IMG/VR virus record: IMGVR_UViG_3300044834_000093
Span: 1 to 51,772 of that record
Length of the DNA: 51,772 bases
Strand: one strand, 5' to 3'
Origin: a virus
Taxonomy: Duplodnaviria > Caudoviricetes
Shown here piece by piece: positions 35,039 to 44,258 of the stretch. Both the position numbers and the translations under genes were made by a program. The notes beneath the pieces are model-generated. The model searched no databases and was not told the DNA's origin. It saw only the letters and a list, made by a program, of their open reading frames with translations. The stretch's first letter is position 1. The number at the start of each line of letters is the position of its first letter.

Positions 35039-35803
35039 TCACGCCACCGCCCTCCTATTGAACGTCTGTTCCGCCGCGTTGATCCAGTTCTGAGCTATCT
35101 TTTTGTCAACCCAGCCAGCGCGGGCCGCATAGTCCCGTAGCCCACCCAGCACGGCCCGTTCAATCCGCTTGTGTTGGAAGCCTAGGTCTTCCGCGATTAT
35201 CCTGATCGGCCTTTGATCGATCACGGCGGCTATGACGCATTCCATGGTGTGGTCGAGATGGGATTTACGGCGAATGGACCAGTGCTTGGCCCAGGCTTGA
35301 TATTGCTTGACGGCGTGTGCTGTCGCTGCATTCCAATCTGGACGCCGCCCGCCGGCCACACGCTCCATGGATAACGGCCTGAGCATCAATGCCCCTGTAA
35401 GAGCGAACCATGCCCGCTCAATTTCCTGTGCGGCCATCAGCTCCTCGCCTTTGGCTGACGCCTTCTCGATCAAAAGAGCCATCGGGGAGCCACGTAGCTT
35501 TGCAACAGCCAGGGTGTTTTCACCACAGCCAAGATAGGCATTGATCGCCTTGATGCGCCTTTGCTGGTCGCTGTCGTTTAGGACTCCAGTCGCCTCGAAT
35601 GCTTCCGCGAGAGAGATTGTCAGGCCGCTTTCGCTCTCCAGCCGTGCCGCCATTTGTTTCCTACGGGCATCGCTTGCTCTCGCGCTGGTATGATCCAGCC
35701 GTAAATGTTCGATCACCACGGGTTTTTTCTCTTTCGACACTGCGATTGCTCCCCCTGGCATTGGATAGGCCCTCAAAAATGTTTCACGTGTGTCAATTCT
35801 CAT
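35039..35803 (-). CDS. Putative late-gene regulator (Q position), C-terminal HTH
   Basis: Last gene before the late promoter region; AVIDQRPIRIIAEDLG. Confidence 0.55.
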   Translation of the reverse strand: MRIDTRETFLRAYPMPGGAIAVSKEKKPVVIEHLRLDHTSARASDARRKQMAARLESESGLTISLAEAFEATGVLNDSDQQRRIKAINAYLGCGENTLAVAKLRGSPMALLIEKASAKGEELMAAQEIERAWFALTGALMLRPLSMERVAGGRRPDWNAATAHAVKQYQAWAKHWSIRRKSHLDHTMECVIAAVIDQRPIRIIAEDLGFQHKRIERAVLGGLRDYAARAGWVDKKIAQNWINAAEQTFNRRAVA

Positions 35804-36576
35804 GCGGTACGTTGAAGAAATCCCGGAATGCTTAGATCGATTTCCTCTTTTGGCTTCCGCTTTGCCGCCAGCACGGCGTCGAGCTTAGCCCGCGCTTCCT
35901 TGTCGAAGGCCTGCGGCGCTTCAATAGGAGACGGCGTTTCGTTTGCCACCAGCAAGTTTGCGCAATCTGCGTATGGTTGCTCTGCGGCTTGTTCCGTCTC
36001 CGGCTGGCGAGCGAGCGCGCCCGTAGGGAGCGCCGTAGCGAGTAAGCCAGCCGTGTTTGTTTGCTCCTGTGGCTTTTCCACAGGAGGGGGTCGCGCGGCT
36101 TCTTGCTCAGAAGAAGTTATCTTTCTTATGTGATTGGTTCCCGGTAGCTTCGTTTTCGCTTGCGATCTCGCTTCGTGGTTTGCTTCGATCTCGCTTTGCG
36201 GCTCGCTTCGATCTCGCTTCGATCTCGCTTCGTCTTGCCCCCGTTTTATCGCCCGTGAAATGCCAGACCGGACTCCGCCGTTACGGCCAGCCAAGGTGCG
36301 CTGCATGACGGCGCGCTCCGTCTTCTCACGTTCTGCGTCAATCCGCTTATGAGTGCCATCGTCCAGGAAGTAGGATTCAACCTCCGATTTGATTGTCTGC
36401 CACCGCTTTAGTGGAACGCGGGCAATCGTGGCGCGCCCAGGGGCACCGTCAGGCAGCTTACCGTGCTGCCAGCAGTGCAGGATGAGCAAGAGGTATGCCC
36501 CATGTTGTTCTGTGGTGAGGTGTCCAGTGTCGCGGAGATAGTCCCCCGCATAGAACGGCATCCAGGCGCGGCTCAT
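35800..36576 (-). CDS. DUF1376 (YdaU) replication initiator
   Basis: WMPFYAGDYLRDTGHLTTEQHGAYLLLI signature. Confidence 0.9.
   Translation of the reverse strand: MSRAWMPFYAGDYLRDTGHLTTEQHGAYLLLILHCWQHGKLPDGAPGRATIARVPLKRWQTIKSEVESYFLDDGTHKRIDAEREKTERAVMQRTLAGRNGGVRSGISRAIKRGQDEARSKRDRSEPQSEIEANHEARSQAKTKLPGTNHIRKITSSEQEAARPPPVEKPQEQTNTAGLLATALPTGALARQPETEQAAEQPYADCANLLVANETPSPIEAPQAFDKEARAKLDAVLAAKRKPKEEIDLSIPGFLQRTA
36151..36232. repeat. Iteron array, probable replication origin
   Basis: CGATCTCGCTT at 36163, 36186, 36209 and 36220 plus degenerate copies inside the initiator gene. Confidence 0.8.
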
Positions 36577-36795
36577 TGCAGCGCCATGCTATTTGAGGAT
36601 GCAACGAACATGGTTTCGGGCTGCGCTGTCATCGTCTCGCCTCGCTCGCTTCTAATGTTTTAAGAGCTGCGGCAAGGCGCTCTTTTAGAAGTTCAGCCTC
36701 ACCTTTACGGAAGCAGAAACTTCCTTTCATCAAGGTATGTGGGTTAGCGCGATCAACGATGATGCGCAGCGCGTCGATTTGTGCGCTGAGTGGGA

Positions 36796-37113
36796 TCATC
36801 TAGCAGCCCACGTTTGAGATGTTTCCGGTCCGAGTAGACCATCGCAAAGAGGTGTTAGAAGTCCACTTTCTATCGCTTGTTGTGCAGAGCGCGGGCCGCA
36901 ACGCTTCCCGCTTGGCTCAAAGCAGAATAAAATCTCTGTTTCGCCGGACTCCTTAAAGCGGAATGTCTTGCGGAGCGATTGGCCATTTTTACAGCGGGCG
37001 ATGACGGCAAGCACTCGCTTAGGTAATAACGCCTTCTTTGTTTCGTCCGCACCTTGTTCGGTGTTGCTAATTGCACCTAGGTTCGTGGGAACGAGGAGTT
37101 GATTGTCCATCAC
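36796..37113 (-). CDS. Hypothetical protein
   Basis: GGAGG RBS, GTGA coupling; DGLL..SQTW. Confidence 0.65.
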   Translation of the reverse strand: MMDNQLLVPTNLGAISNTEQGADETKKALLPKRVLAVIARCKNGQSLRKTFRFKESGETEILFCFEPSGKRCGPRSAQQAIESGLLTPLCDGLLGPETSQTWAAR

Positions 37114-37301
37114 ACCTCCCCCTCGCCTATCGGGACCGGATGAATAGAGGGCTTGGGAAGCTTCGATGTTTCCAGCGCGGCGCGTGCAAGCATTAGGCGA
37201 AGCTCAAGTTTGGATGGTTCGGCCAAGGCTTGCGTGATCGAGGAATCAATGCAGCGCAGATGTGCGGTCCGGTGGTGCTTATCCAGGGAGTAGAAGCTCA
37301 T
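37110..37301 (-). CDS. Hypothetical protein
   Basis: Coupled on both sides. Confidence 0.5.
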   Translation of the reverse strand: MSFYSLDKHHRTAHLRCIDSSITQALAEPSKLELRLMLARAALETSKLPKPSIHPVPIGEGEV

Positions 37302-37888
37302 GGCTGTTCGTCCTTCAGGGTGAGAAGGGCGGTAAGCTCGGTGAGTTGCTTGTCGAGTTCGGGGTCTACTTCGCGCTGCGCGCCAATCTTCCTGATTGCA
37401 TGGAAAGCCGTAGAATGGTCGCGTCCGCCGAAGCGCCGGCCGATTTCCGCAAGACTGCCTAGCGTCATCTGCTTGACAAGGTACATCGCGATATGACGTC
37501 TGTGGACAACCTGTGCAGTACGTCGATGCGAAAGAATATCGTTGACGCTTATCTGATAATAAACCGCGACGGTTCGGATGATGATGCGGATCGATGGGCG
37601 CGCTTTGACAAGCGGGATTTCATCGCCTAATGCTTGTTCGACACGATCCCTCGCCAGCCTGACTTGGGCGGCAAGAGTATGCAGCTCATCCTGTAGGGCG
37701 ATAAGCTGGGCCTCGCGTGTTTCAGAAACAGGCGCGACAGGTGGGGCGATGGGCTCCGGGAGAACGACAGTTGCAGGATCCGGCGTGGGCGCGGGTACAT
37801 CAGCCCGCATAGGAGGGGTCCAAAGTCTTTGGTTGGCTTCCTGCCAGTTGCGGTGTTGCTGAAGCTGGTGTTGTCCATAATCTGACAT
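37298..37888 (-). CDS. DnaA C-terminal (domain IV)-like HTH protein
   Basis: S.RRT..VV..RHIAMYL......SL.EIGRRFGGRDHST. Confidence 0.9.
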   Translation of the reverse strand: MSDYGQHQLQQHRNWQEANQRLWTPPMRADVPAPTPDPATVVLPEPIAPPVAPVSETREAQLIALQDELHTLAAQVRLARDRVEQALGDEIPLVKARPSIRIIIRTVAVYYQISVNDILSHRRTAQVVHRRHIAMYLVKQMTLGSLAEIGRRFGGRDHSTAFHAIRKIGAQREVDPELDKQLTELTALLTLKDEQP

Positions 37889-37987
37889 TCTTTCTCCCCC
37901 AACGCGTTAGTGTTAGGTTTCACGATAGGCTTGTGTTTGTTTGTTCCGTCTGTGCGGTCATCGGTTCGCCCGTTGCTTGGCCGACGC

Positions 37988-38197
37988 TCACGGAAAATAC
38001 TCAGGAAGGTCTTTGATCTTGTCGTAGTAAGCGACTGCATCCTCTCTCGTTTTAAAGGTTTCAAGGCAGCGCCATGTCTTCAGACCAAGCCAATCTGTTC
38101 TCTCCTTGCAGAACAAGGCGAATGGCCACGTGCTCGGGCATGAGTCGCTGCGGTCTATCTTGAAGCGTGCGTTTTCCTCGCCATAAATCCCGTTCAT
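37988..38197 (-). CDS. Hypothetical protein
   Basis: GGAGG RBS, adjacent to the upstream stop. Confidence 0.6.
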   Translation of the reverse strand: MNGIYGEENARFKIDRSDSCPSTWPFALFCKERTDWLGLKTWRCLETFKTREDAVAYYDKIKDLPEYFP

Positions 38198-38572
38198 TCA
38201 CCCCTCCCCGTTATCCTCGCCAACCACAACAACAGCCGCCCTAACCACAAGCGCATCAGTCCCGGCTTTCGCTTTGGTGATTTCAAGCTCATGTCGATAA
38301 AGCCGTGCTTGGCGCTCACACTCGGCTTGATAGGCCATGCGAAGGCGCTGATAATTGAACGCGGTGATCCAAGCTGGTTTTCGGTAGCGCAAAGCCCAGA
38401 AGGTGCGCCACGGCACGCCGTACCTAGCCTCTAGCCGCTGCCATGCGTTTTCGAGGTCGCCGGGGCCGCGCGCTTCCGTGCGCGTCAATGCTTTGGCCCA
38501 TCCAGCGGCTTCATCAACAAGAACAGCGTCGGACATGGGTTCGTCCTGCAAAGAACTTTTGCACACTTGCAA
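38198..38572 (-). CDS. CII-position HTH regulator
   Basis: RGPGD.ENA..RL..RYGV.....W.LRYR.P; GGGAG RBS. Confidence 0.65.
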   Translation of the reverse strand: MQVCKSSLQDEPMSDAVLVDEAAGWAKALTRTEARGPGDLENAWQRLEARYGVPWRTFWALRYRKPAWITAFNYQRLRMAYQAECERQARLYRHELEITKAKAGTDALVVRAAVVVVGEDNGEG

Positions 38573-38998
38573 CTCTCCCTCTGCTTTGTTTGCTCGCGAT
38601 GAGAAACAACACAGAGGATTTGGAATCTTACTCGTTTGCCCCGATCAGCTTGGCAGTGGATCGGGTCGTGGAAGGCTTAGGCTTTACTAGAACGGCAGCC
38701 GGTGGAACGGCTGGACGCGGATACAACGTGATTAGGTTTCCGAAGAGGGTTTCTTGCGCGTCACGCGGATGCTGCGCAGAACCGTGTGCAAGGTGTCCAT
38801 CTGCTAGTTCTCCCGTTCCGATTGCTGAGGCGGGATCACCAGCGAGGTTCCCGAGTGGGAGTTGTCAAAATATCTCTTATGCCCCCTCTTAAACTCGCAA
38901 GGATTTGATAACCTTGAGCCCACCTTCCTTACCCGAGATGGTAGAATTGTCTGGTAGGCTTTCCCCGCTATGCCGCCGACGTTGGTACGGGGCGTGTT

Positions 38999-39277
38999 AT
39001 GGGGTGCGCGGGAATATCGCTCGTCGAGCCCTTCGCAGTGCAGGACGATGTTGTATCCGGCATCGATCACATCGAGCCGGTCGGAAAATCCCTGATACGT
39101 TTGTACCTTTACATCGATCACACCCCTATCGACGGCAGCCCTCCCGAAAGAGTGCTGGTGCGCAAGGTGGTGATTTCCCTGGACGACATGCCGAAAGCTG
39201 TCAGGAAAACGATCCGCTTCATGGCCGACCGGGGGATAGAGATTGGCCAGCGGGATTTGTCGAAGCTGCTGAGCTGA
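38999..39277 (+). CDS. Hypothetical protein convergent with cro
   Basis: LVEP.AV.D..VSG, globular composition, stops 2 bp from the cro stop. Confidence 0.6.
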   Translation: MGCAGISLVEPFAVQDDVVSGIDHIEPVGKSLIRLYLYIDHTPIDGSPPERVLVRKVVISLDDMPKAVRKTIRFMADRGIEIGQRDLSKLLS

Positions 39278-39279
39278 GG

Positions 39280-39498
39280 TCATTCGGCGGCCACCGTGTA
39301 TCCAAGGAATTGCGCCCGGCTCAGGCCGGTGACTTCTTCGATCTTTTCCCACTGTCTCTTTTGGGGCTCGGTGTCGCGCCGCTCCCATCGAGAAACCGTC
39401 AGCCCATCGACGCCAAGCCGGTCACCCAAGGCTTCTTGCGAAAGCTTTGGGAGCTGCGCATCGCGCCATTTCCGTAAGGGGTGATCTTCGTCTGCCAT
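39280..39498 (-). CDS. cro: Cro-like HTH repressor
   Basis: HPLRKWR, LSQEALGDRLGV...TVSRWE; divergent from cI. Confidence 0.85.
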   Translation of the reverse strand: MADEDHPLRKWRDAQLPKLSQEALGDRLGVDGLTVSRWERRDTEPQKRQWEKIEEVTGLSRAQFLGYTVAAE

Positions 39499-39508
39499 TG
39501 CGCCGCTC

Positions 39509-39536
39509 ACTATACAGAAAATGATGGCTGGCGCAA
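39509..39536 (-). promoter_or_regulatory. PR-like promoter/operator
   Basis: TTGCGC-16-TATAGT; 20 bp identical to the PL-like promoter. Confidence 0.8.
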
Positions 39537-39594
39537 GCCCCATCATCATTTCGGTAATAGTGCTTTAGTCACAATATGTTGGCACTATTGGCAC

Positions 39595-39915
39595 ATGGCA
39601 GGCACCACCAGGATCGGCCCGCGACGGCCTCGGAAGGTTTATCTTCAAGAATGGCGGGAAAGCCGGGGCCTTACCCAGAAGCAGCTAGGCGAGCGCCTGG
39701 GGGTCACTGACATGACCGTTTCCCGATGGGAGCTAGGTAGGGTGCTCCTCAATACAAACGTACTGGCGGCCTTCGCTGAGGCCCTGGGCATAGAACCAAT
39801 GGACCTCTACCGCCACCCAGATCATCCCAGCGCCGATGCCCTGCTTCGCGGGCAGACGCAGGACGTGAAAGAACAGGCTTTCCGGCTGATCGAAGCCATC
39901 AGAAAGGCCAATTAG
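39595..39915 (+). CDS. cI: CI-like XRE repressor lacking an S24 peptidase domain
   Basis: YLQEWRESRGLTQKQLGERLGV...TVSRWE; 106 aa; probably leaderless. Confidence 0.85.
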   Translation: MAGTTRIGPRRPRKVYLQEWRESRGLTQKQLGERLGVTDMTVSRWELGRVLLNTNVLAAFAEALGIEPMDLYRHPDHPSADALLRGQTQDVKEQAFRLIEAIRKAN

Positions 39916-39925
39916 CGGGGCTTTC

Positions 39926-40192
39926 ATGCCGATCATCGTCATTCTTGGCTTGATCGCAGCTTGGTATTTCGGGCTTTTTGAGAGCTTCCAGGGCCACACC
40001 TACCGGGCCGAGGTAGGTTATTTCCAAGGCAGCGAACGTACCTGGTATGTTGGCCGCGACAAAAGCCGCGAGGCCTGCACTGCCGAGGCTACGGCGCTTT
40101 ACAATTCCTATAACCGGGAATCGCCGGGCCGCGCCTTTTCCTGGGCTTGCCGCAAAATGCAGGGTGACCGGTTTTTAGACCGGGTACGCTGA
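39926..40192 (+). CDS. Membrane-anchored protein downstream of the repressor
   Basis: N-terminal TM, two Cys, 10 bp after cI. Confidence 0.7.
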   Translation: MPIIVILGLIAAWYFGLFESFQGHTYRAEVGYFQGSERTWYVGRDKSREACTAEATALYNSYNRESPGRAFSWACRKMQGDRFLDRVR

Positions 40193-40275
40193 GCAATTCA
40201 CAACCTGATTCTTCTGGAAATTACGTTTCCATTCAATAGGTTGTCATTCCTATAACATTTTTTGTCTATACCCTA

Positions 40276-40303
40276 TTGCAACTGCCATCATTTTCTGTAT
40301 AGT
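40276..40303 (+). promoter_or_regulatory. PL-like promoter/operator
   Basis: TTGCAA-16-TATAGT containing GCCATCATTTTCTGTATAGT; IHF-like ATTCAATAGGTTG at 40231. Confidence 0.8.
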
Positions 40304-40340
40304 CAATCCCGACGCTGAGATATTCAGACGGGAGTGGAAG

Positions 40341-40844
40341 ATGGTGACAACGGCCTCCACGGCAGACGGCAGTCTCACCACTGGTGATCAGAAGCCCTCA
40401 ATCGCGGCGCGCAAGAAAGTTTATCGCGCTGAGCGCCGTAACGATTTCATGGCCGACAGGCGCACGGTAGCGCCAGTTCATCGCAAAGCCTTCCGCTGGA
40501 AGGGAACGGCAGCCGTAAAGGAAGCCAGCACGCCGCCGGTTTCGTCAAACAAGCGAGACCGTTCCCCTCAAGCCGAACAGCGCCGCAAAGATCGCAGCGT
40601 CACGATGGATTTCACTGACGGCGTGAATGGCATCAGCCGCGCGCTTATCAACCACTCACTGCAAACGATCCAGAAGAAAAAGCCCAAGCGCGGCTGGGCG
40701 GCTAAGCGCAGAGCCACGCCATGGAAGGACACGACGACTGACAAAGAGCGCGGGCGTCACGCTTGGTTTCGCAAGGCAACAACCTCAGCGCCCGGATCAC
40801 CAGTCGGACGAGAGCCGAGCAAACAAAGGGAATTGTCCCAATGA
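40341..40844 (+). CDS. Arg/Lys-rich first early protein
   Basis: GGAG RBS, ATGA coupling to the next gene; both ends encoded by repeat elements. Confidence 0.55.
   Translation: MVTTASTADGSLTTGDQKPSIAARKKVYRAERRNDFMADRRTVAPVHRKAFRWKGTAAVKEASTPPVSSNKRDRSPQAEQRRKDRSVTMDFTDGVNGISRALINHSLQTIQKKKPKRGWAAKRRATPWKDTTTDKERGRHAWFRKATTSAPGSPVGREPSKQRELSQ
40346..40840. repeat. Inverted-repeat-bounded cassette A
   Basis: Left arm 40346-40392, right arm 40791-40840; the same arms recur at 47086-47343. Confidence 0.9.
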
Positions 40845-41194
40845 CCTCTCTTCCAGAACTCCCTACCTTCCATTTTATTTCCTTTTGTCAGCCAGCAACA
40901 GCATCGCGTGGAAGGTCAGAAGGCTTTTACGAGCTTTCCATGGAGCAGTCCTGTCATCGCCCGCAACTGCTTCGCGACATAGCGGGAACGCAGTTTGAAG
41001 ACATCGACAAGGTTTACGAAGCGGCGGATGGAAAATTTCATGACGTAACGCTGGAAACCGCAGAAGACGTGCTCGCCCTGGTGATCGCAGACGGCGGCGA
41101 TGTTCCCGATGAACTCCGGTTATGGCTGCAGGAAGTCATTGGAGTGAATGCGGTGGATCAAGCATTGGCTGAACAGCTGATGGAGCATGTGTGA
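40841..41194 (+). CDS. Acidic hypothetical protein
   Basis: DI...Q...I..V.E......DVT...AE; coupled genes. Confidence 0.65.
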   Translation: MTSLPELPTFHFISFCQPATASRGRSEGFYELSMEQSCHRPQLLRDIAGTQFEDIDKVYEAADGKFHDVTLETAEDVLALVIADGGDVPDELRLWLQEVIGVNAVDQALAEQLMEHV

Positions 41195-41700
41195 TGCCAC
41201 GAAAGCGAGCTAATCCACATAAAGCACCCGTTCCTAGAGAGCAGCATGGGCTTTCAAAAACCAAAGAGTTCACGACGTGGTGGGCGATGAAGCGGCGCTG
41301 CACTGAACCGACTGCGCCCGATTACGCCCGGTACGGCGGCGCTGGCATTACGGTCTGTGCTGAATGGATGAAAAGCTTCCTTGCTTTTTATAAGCACATC
41401 GGGCCAAGGCCGTCTGACGTTCACAGCCTTGACCGCATAGACAACACAAGGGGTTACGAACCCGGCAACGTTCGCTGGGCCACGCGCGTCCAGCAGGCCA
41501 ATAATAAAAATAACAATCACATCGTTGAATATAAAGGCGCGACGGTAACTGTAGCTGAGGCTGTTCGGCGAGCTGGCTCTATCATAAGTCGAGAGACAGC
41601 TCTCTGCCGCCTCAAAAACGGTTGGTCACCAGCTGCAGCCGTAGAAACTCCGCTTCTCTTTAAGCGCGATCCGTTAACCAGACGAAGGTTGGCGGTGTAG
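41191..41700 (+). CDS. HNH homing endonuclease-like protein
   Basis: HG.S.T.E...W..MK.RC, YGG.GI.VC..W, SLDRIDN..GYEPGNVRWAT. Confidence 0.9.
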   Translation: MMPRKRANPHKAPVPREQHGLSKTKEFTTWWAMKRRCTEPTAPDYARYGGAGITVCAEWMKSFLAFYKHIGPRPSDVHSLDRIDNTRGYEPGNVRWATRVQQANNKNNNHIVEYKGATVTVAEAVRRAGSIISRETALCRLKNGWSPAAAVETPLLFKRDPLTRRRLAV

Positions 41701-41702
41701 CC

Positions 41703-41894
41703 ATGTCCCTCAAATCCTCCATGACGTATGAGGCTCTTATAGCAGCGAGCATATCGTTGCTGGTGGAGGCTGTGGTTGTTCTTATGTTCTTTGCTGCTTT
41801 GTTTGTTTGGGTGGTTTTGTATTTGGACCATCAGCGGCATCACTCTGATCGCGGTCCTGCAATTAGCGTCTCTGAGCAAGGTGCAGGACGATGA
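41703..41894 (+). CDS. Small TM protein
   Basis: Hydrophobic segment, ATGA coupling. Confidence 0.55.
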   Translation: MSLKSSMTYEALIAASISLLVEAVVVLMFFAALFVWVVLYLDHQRHHSDRGPAISVSEQGAGR

Positions 41895-42259
41895 TAGAGC
41901 ACCCACGTGAACTAAACGCCATCATCGAGAGCGCCCGTATTACCAACGATGACCACGGGCTACTGTCAGCATGGCTGACGCTCGACTACGGCGGATCGGG
42001 GCAGGGCTTTGGTGGATACTCGCTGTATCTACCGAAGAACTGCACGCATCACAATCCGAGCGGGCCGAACTACGCCGGACATTTTATCTGGCGTGTCATG
42101 GAAGTTGCTGGCGTATCGGAGTGGTCGCAGCTTCCGGGGAAGACCATCCGCGTAAAATGCGAACATACAAAGGTTCACGCCATCGGTCACATCGTCAAAG
42201 ACGATTGGTTTGATCCAAAAGCTGACTTCGAGCGCATGGGAGAAAAGACAATCCCATGA
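41891..42259 (+). CDS. Conserved hypothetical phage protein
   Basis: NA.I......DHG......[15 protein letters not shown]. Confidence 0.75.
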   Translation: MIEHPRELNAIIESARITNDDHGLLSAWLTLDYGGSGQGFGGYSLYLPKNCTHHNPSGPNYAGHFIWRVMEVAGVSEWSQLPGKTIRVKCEHTKVHAIGHIVKDDWFDPKADFERMGEKTIP

Positions 42260-42606
42260 GCGTCTTCAAACAAATGCTGATCGACAGCATGGAGCGCCAC
42301 TATCCGTCCGCGCCCGGCTGGCAGCGCCATTCAGACACCAGCCATGCCGCCGCACAATCCATGCGCCCGCATTACACGGTGCAACAAAAGAGAATTGTGG
42401 ATTTCCTACAAGGGCAGGGCGTGACAGGCGGCACCTATACGGAAATCTGCTCCGGCACTCAATTAAGCGCGCCATCTGTCTGTGGCCGCATGGTCGAGTT
42501 GGTGAGGGGCAAGCACGTCATCAAATCCAACGACACGCGCGCAACGCCATCGAACCGGCAAGCCCATGTCTATCTTCACAAGGATTTTGCAGGGAGGGAG
42601 CAATGA
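42256..42606 (+). CDS. Winged-HTH protein
   Basis: DTS.AAA, G.T..EI.......SV.GR..EL. Confidence 0.7.
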   Translation: MSVFKQMLIDSMERHYPSAPGWQRHSDTSHAAAQSMRPHYTVQQKRIVDFLQGQGVTGGTYTEICSGTQLSAPSVCGRMVELVRGKHVIKSNDTRATPSNRQAHVYLHKDFAGREQ

Positions 42607-42872
42607 GACAGTCAGATTATCCTCTTCCAAAATGGGATCATGAGATAGCGCCGTATCTGCACGCAATCACGTCGCACGCGCATTGGCTGTCCTATCACGG
42701 TCGCGGCGTTATCGCCGGGCTGACCATGCTTCCCGCCCGTCCGCAATGGCCAACGCAGGCAGAGGAAGCCTTGCAAAAGGTTGAACAGGAACTAACCGCC
42801 GCTCTGGAATTAACGCAGGAAGCGCGGCGCAAGTACGGCGAATTGCTGATCCTGAGCGAAGCAGCGGAGTAA
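42603..42872 (+). CDS. Hypothetical protein
   Basis: GGAG RBS before ATG 42603. Confidence 0.6.
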   Translation: MRQSDYPLPKWDHEIAPYLHAITSHAHWLSYHGRGVIAGLTMLPARPQWPTQAEEALQKVEQELTAALELTQEARRKYGELLILSEAAE

Positions 42873-42877
42873 GTATC

Positions 42878-43645
42878 ATGAACGTAGCTTTAGCCGAAAT
42901 TGGACATAACAAACCGCCGGAAGCTCTCGGCTTCGCCAGCGATACCATGATCTTGCTTTCCGATTGGATGAAAGAGCATCCGGTCATTCAGACCGCGCAC
43001 GACGCGCACGAAGCCAAGAAACTGCTGGACAGCGCAAAAGCTACTGCTGGCGACATTGAGGCCGAGCGCGACGGCAAGGTGCGCCCGCTGAACACCGCCA
43101 TTGCCGACATCAACTTCCGCTACAAGGCCGTCCACAACACCGACAGCAAAAAACCTGGGCTACTCGATAAGATCGTAAATGAACTGAAAGCCCGTCTGAC
43201 CGCTTTTGTGAAAGCAGAAGAGGCCAGGCGCGAACATGAAGCCGCAGCCAAGCACCATAATGCCGAGGAAGCCGAGCGCCTGTCGCTTGAAGCTGCCCAG
43301 CGGGAGCGCGAGGCAATCGACAATGCGCGCGCCGGAGAGCTTGGCGTCGATGTAACAGCGGTAGTTGTAGAGGCTGATGCCCTTGCTGCCGCTCATGCCA
43401 GGGCCGAGCGCGAAGCTGCCAGAGCTGACCGTGACGCGCACGTTAAGATTGGTGGCGGATGGGGCCGGTCGGTTTCATTGCGAACCAAAGAAACGCTCAT
43501 TCTGACCCACCCCATGGTCGCAATTAAAACGATGGGCGTCACAGACAAGATTCGTGAGGCGATCCTTTCCGCCGCGCGTGACTACAGGAGTGAGAAAGGA
43601 ACACTGCCAGAAGGCGTTGTATCTCAAACGATACGGGAAATTTAA
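42878..43645 (+). CDS. Coiled-coil protein of the recombination module
   Basis: IGHNKPP, E.ER..KV.P, helical core. Confidence 0.75.
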   Translation: MNVALAEIGHNKPPEALGFASDTMILLSDWMKEHPVIQTAHDAHEAKKLLDSAKATAGDIEAERDGKVRPLNTAIADINFRYKAVHNTDSKKPGLLDKIVNELKARLTAFVKAEEARREHEAAAKHHNAEEAERLSLEAAQREREAIDNARAGELGVDVTAVVVEADALAAAHARAEREAARADRDAHVKIGGGWGRSVSLRTKETLILTHPMVAIKTMGVTDKIREAILSAARDYRSEKGTLPEGVVSQTIREI

Positions 43646-43668
43646 CCAGACACCACAAGGACAAGCAC

Positions 43669-44055
43669 ATGAACATCGAAGAAGCATTCCCCTCTAAATA
43701 CCTGAAAGCCGCCGATCTGAAAGGAAGCAGGACAACGGTGAAAATGGATCGCGTCGAAAGCGACACGGTTGGCGATGACAACAAAGTCATCCTGTACTTT
43801 CAAGGCAAGGAAAAAGGCCTCGTCCTGAACGTCACCAACAAAAACATGATTGTCGATACCTACGGCCCGGAAACTGAAGACTGGATTGGGCAGCCGATCA
43901 TTCTTTACGAGGCGATGGTGCAGTACCAGTCGAAGATGGTCCCGGCCATCCGCGTCATGGCACCGCCACGCACGCCGACACGAACTGCACAGCCAGCGGA
44001 CCGCAACCAGGGCGACCCGCGCACCAATGACGACATGAACGACGTGCAGTTTTAG
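43669..44055 (+). CDS. Putative ssDNA-binding/recombination protein
   Basis: FPSKYLKAADL, LVLN.TN, acidic aromatic-ending tail DDMNDVQF. Confidence 0.65.
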   Translation: MNIEEAFPSKYLKAADLKGSRTTVKMDRVESDTVGDDNKVILYFQGKEKGLVLNVTNKNMIVDTYGPETEDWIGQPIILYEAMVQYQSKMVPAIRVMAPPRTPTRTAQPADRNQGDPRTNDDMNDVQF

Positions 44056-44057
44056 CC

Positions 44058-44258
44058 ATGGAAAAACCCGCCGCCTTCAGCGCGAGCTATTCTGACTGGA
44101 AGGTCATCAAAGGCCGCAAGGTCATTCAGATAATCTTCGAAGTCCCGATGGAGGCGGCTGGCCATGCCTACAATGTTCTAGGCGGTATGCCGAACTTTGG
44201 CGCGGATGAATGGTTCGCTATCGCGCGATTACAAAAGCCTGAGAAGGCAAGCGAATGA
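44058..44258 (+). CDS. Hypothetical protein
   Basis: A.YSDWK..K.R.V.Q..FEVP. Confidence 0.65.
   Translation: MEKPAAFSASYSDWKVIKGRKVIQIIFEVPMEAAGHAYNVLGGMPNFGADEWFAIARLQKPEKASE

Noticed and set aside
36151-36232. CRISPR or VNTR interpretation of short repeats
   Set aside because: No unique spacers; location inside the initiator gene fits iterons
37298-37888. Host dnaA
   Set aside because: Only the C-terminal HTH is present, with no AAA+ domain, in a phage context
41078-41086. Additional CTGGTGATC match
   Set aside because: Lacks the rest of the arm and is explained by coding for LVI
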